Positions 61,678 to 64,000 of a stretch of 64,000 nt of DNA are shown here, in pieces (positions within the stretch are counted from its first letter, which is position 1; each line of letters starts with the position of its first letter). Location: positions 3,264,001 through 3,328,000 of the forward strand of contig OZ254086.1 in NCBI GenBank assembly GCA_965267575.1, given 5' to 3'. A program made the translations under genes and the position numbers. The notes beneath the pieces were generated by a model. The model was not told the origin of the DNA. It made no database searches and saw nothing but the letters and a program-made list of their open reading frames with translations. The stretch is from Calditrichales bacterium. GTDB taxonomy: Bacteria; Calditrichota; Calditrichia; Calditrichales; J004.

Positions 61678-62214
61678 ATGAATTTCAGGGAAGAATTTGA
61701 CCGTGCGCTTACCATGGAAGAGTATTTGCCATTGCTGGGTGACAAAAAACCGCTTCACGATCTGCATTACAAAAAAGCGCAGATAGAGCAGGACTTTTCG
61801 GTTGAACTGCCTCCGCTCAGGCTGCTGGTCATTACCGAGCCGTGGTGCGGTGACTCCACCGCCATTTTGCCCGTTCTCATGAAAATAGCCGAAACGCAAC
61901 CGATAGAAATGCGTGTTTTGCTGCGTGATAAAAACCCAAGGTTGATCGATCTTTTCCTAACTCGTGGAGGCCGGGCCATTCCGGTAATCCTGATCCTTAA
62001 CGAAAACGGCGATTTGCTGGGGCGTTTCGGGCCGCGCCCAAAGAAGGCCCAGGATATTTATGAGCAGGAGCGCGCCGGGATAGAGGCCGGAAGAATTGAA
62101 AAAATTGAAGTTATCAAAAAGATTCGTAATTTCTACAGCAAAGACAGGGGAAGGGTAATTTCAGAAGAGTTTATACATCTGCTGGAAGAAGTACTCGCCT
62201 GCGAAGAATGCTAA
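61678..62214 (+). CDS. Thioredoxin-fold protein (WCGDS)
   Basis: TEPWCGDS, LRD, GGRAIP cis-Pro motif, GPRP. Confidence 0.85.
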   Translation: MNFREEFDRALTMEEYLPLLGDKKPLHDLHYKKAQIEQDFSVELPPLRLLVITEPWCGDSTAILPVLMKIAETQPIEMRVLLRDKNPRLIDLFLTRGGRAIPVILILNENGDLLGRFGPRPKKAQDIYEQERAGIEAGRIEKIEVIKKIRNFYSKDRGRVISEEFIHLLEEVLACEEC

Positions 62215-62234
62215 TTCACGGATAAACGGTTCGC

Positions 62235-63290
62235 ATGATCAAAGAGAGCAATTTTTCAAAGCTGGGATATCTGGCTGCAGGAACGATCTCGGTTTTTCTT
62301 ATCGTTTGGATTTTGATTGTAGGAAGGCCGATCATTCTGCCTTTTATGATTGCGCTCTTTCTAACCTTTATCCTGGAACCACTCGTAAATTTAATGCGCA
62401 AGGTCAAAATCCCGCTTGGCCTTGCTGTCTCTTTGACCCTGCTGCTTGCGTTTGTCCTGATGTACCTGCTCGGTGCGCTGCTCTATACCAACGTACAAAC
62501 ATTTGTAAACCAGCTTCCCGCTTATGAAGACCGCCTGGCGAATTTGCTTAGCGGTATTGTAAATGACCTGGAAAGCCTCATCGGGCAACCTATTACAACC
62601 GAAATGTTTCGAGGCTTTAACTGGCTGGACGCGCTGCAAAGCCTGTCACTGGCCAGCAACCTGATGACCGGTGTGGGTACCTTTGTGGGCTTTTTTGTCA
62701 AAATGCTGTTGGTTATCGTTTTTGTAGCCTATATGCTGATGGGCCGCCGCAACCTTACGCGCAAGATCTACAAGGCTTTTCCGGAGGAGCAGGCCAGCCA
62801 TATCGACGATATTCTGAACAAAATCACCTCAAAAATCCAGGCCTACCTTGGCGCCAAGACCGTAATCAGCCTGGTTACCGGATTTGTGGCTTATGTGATT
62901 TTCCTGTTTTTTGGTATGGATTTCGCCATTTTCTGGGCTTTCGTGATCTTTCTGTTCAACTTCATCCCCAATATTGGTTCGGCGATTGCTTCGATCCTGC
63001 CGGTCATATTTTCCATTCTGCAGTTTGGTTCTTTTGGCACCGCGCTTTGGCTGCTGGTGGCTTTATCCATTCTGCAATTTATCATGGGCAATATTGTAGA
63101 ACCGCGCACCATGGGCTATTCGCTGGATCTTAGCCCGATGATCGTTATCCTGGCGTTGGTTTTCTGGGGCTATATCTGGGGCGTCGTAGGCATGCTGCTG
63201 TCCGTCCCTATCCTGGCGACCATGGCGATTGTTTTCGAACGTATCGAAGGCCTGCAGTTTATCAGCGTGTTATTGCGTGGCAAGGTTTAA
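62235..63290 (+). CDS. AI-2E family transporter
   Basis: NFIPNIG, GN..EP..MG..L.LSP, WG..G..LSVP. Confidence 0.9.
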   Translation: MIKESNFSKLGYLAAGTISVFLIVWILIVGRPIILPFMIALFLTFILEPLVNLMRKVKIPLGLAVSLTLLLAFVLMYLLGALLYTNVQTFVNQLPAYEDRLANLLSGIVNDLESLIGQPITTEMFRGFNWLDALQSLSLASNLMTGVGTFVGFFVKMLLVIVFVAYMLMGRRNLTRKIYKAFPEEQASHIDDILNKITSKIQAYLGAKTVISLVTGFVAYVIFLFFGMDFAIFWAFVIFLFNFIPNIGSAIASILPVIFSILQFGSFGTALWLLVALSILQFIMGNIVEPRTMGYSLDLSPMIVILALVFWGYIWGVVGMLLSVPILATMAIVFERIEGLQFISVLLRGKV

Positions 63291-63833
63291 CTTTTTGCGG
63301 ACCGCCCGGGCAAGTTTCTCAATATCCGAATAAAATTCAATCATATTCTCCAGACCTTCAATATCTTCCCGCGATGAAAAAAATCCAATGACCGGTTTAC
63401 CATAGCGTTGCGCCAGTTTAACTTCGCTGGCCGTGCCAAAAGAACCGGGCAGGGCAATAATGAGATCGGAGCTAAGCACATTAATATGATTGCGTGAGCG
63501 CATTTCCGTGCCTTGCTGACCGCTTAGCGGCAGGTGCGTGCGGATGCATATTTCTACATACGGATTTGGGTATCCGTCGAAAGGGTTGTAGCCGTGCTCG
63601 TCGATTCTGCCCGGAAGGATACCGATACAGCGGCCTTCCCGCGGTGCAATCGAGACAAAAGCTTCACTGACTGCTTTCATGACACCACTGCCGCCGCCGG
63701 AAAGCAGATGAAAGCCCTGTTCTGCGATCCATCTGCCAAGGGGAACGGAGAATTCTGCGTGTTCCCGGCTGCCCGAGCCCATCACACCAATAACAGGCAT
63801 TCCCAAAACTTTATCGTGATTCTCTTTTCTCAT
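63270..63833 (-). CDS. LOG/SLOG-family nucleotide-binding protein (TIGR00725-like)
   Basis: IGVMGSG, GG..GVM.A, SRN.IN, PGSFGTASE; convergent 21-bp overlap with the AI-2E gene. Confidence 0.8.
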   Translation of the reverse strand: MRKENHDKVLGMPVIGVMGSGSREHAEFSVPLGRWIAEQGFHLLSGGGSGVMKAVSEAFVSIAPREGRCIGILPGRIDEHGYNPFDGYPNPYVEICIRTHLPLSGQQGTEMRSRNHINVLSSDLIIALPGSFGTASEVKLAQRYGKPVIGFFSSREDIEGLENMIEFYSDIEKLARAVRKKLNLATQ

Positions 63834-63910
63834 ATGACATAGCTTTTTAAATTGCTTAATTTGCGCACCCGGTAGAAAACCTAAATCAAGATAACGCGGA
63901 TGAGGACAGA

Positions 63911-64000
63911 ATGGAAAAGAAACTTGTAGAATGTGTTCCTAATTTTTCGGAAGGCAAAGACAGAAATATCATAGACCAGATAGTTGCGGAAATAAAAGCC
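63911..64000 (+). CDS. ftcD: Glutamate formimidoyltransferase (3'-partial)
   Basis: Reads MEKKLVECVPNFSEGKDRNIIDQIV..., carrying the ECVPNFSEG signature; GAGG RBS; absent from the supplied ORF track. Confidence 0.88.
   Translation, partial: MEKKLVECVPNFSEGKDRNIIDQIVAEIKA

Overview
A 64-kb, mostly core-genome stretch from a diderm (LPS-making) bacterium. Gene content and style suggest the FCB group, possibly Calditrichota; this is inference, not verified. From left to right: a partial exported protein and a DUF5723-like barrel; sucA-sucB; glucokinase; ppiD; an LPS/lipid A cluster (LpxL-like acyltransferase, TsaC-LMW-phosphatase fusion, methyltransferase, GT2/GT4/GT9 enzymes, CDP-glycerol transferase family, MsbA-like exporter); Mn-SOD; the rimP-nusA-infB-ylxP-rbfA-truB-ribF-rpsO-pnp operon, extended by an M16 peptidase and an atypical alanine-dehydrogenase-like gene; a cNMP-domain/aspartase fusion; a Cys-Cys outer-membrane barrel with two tandem DUF3179 lipoproteins; uvrB-purD-cdsA, a solute-binding protein, a response regulator and tldD; radC, a carboxyltransferase beta subunit, dcd, and the start of ftcD. 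I saw no rRNA, tRNA, CRISPR array, transposase or phage gene. Best leads: (1) an AlaDH-fold protein with its catalytic Lys and His substituted; (2) a cNMP-regulated aspartase; (3) the barrel + twin DUF3179 module; (4) an orphan REC-PATAN-Roadblock regulator coupled to a lone TldD; (5) the TsaC-phosphatase fusion. Several non-coding features are also listed (symmetric divergent promoter, candidate leaderless starts, 8-bp-period repeat). All family calls come from motif recognition by eye, without database searches.
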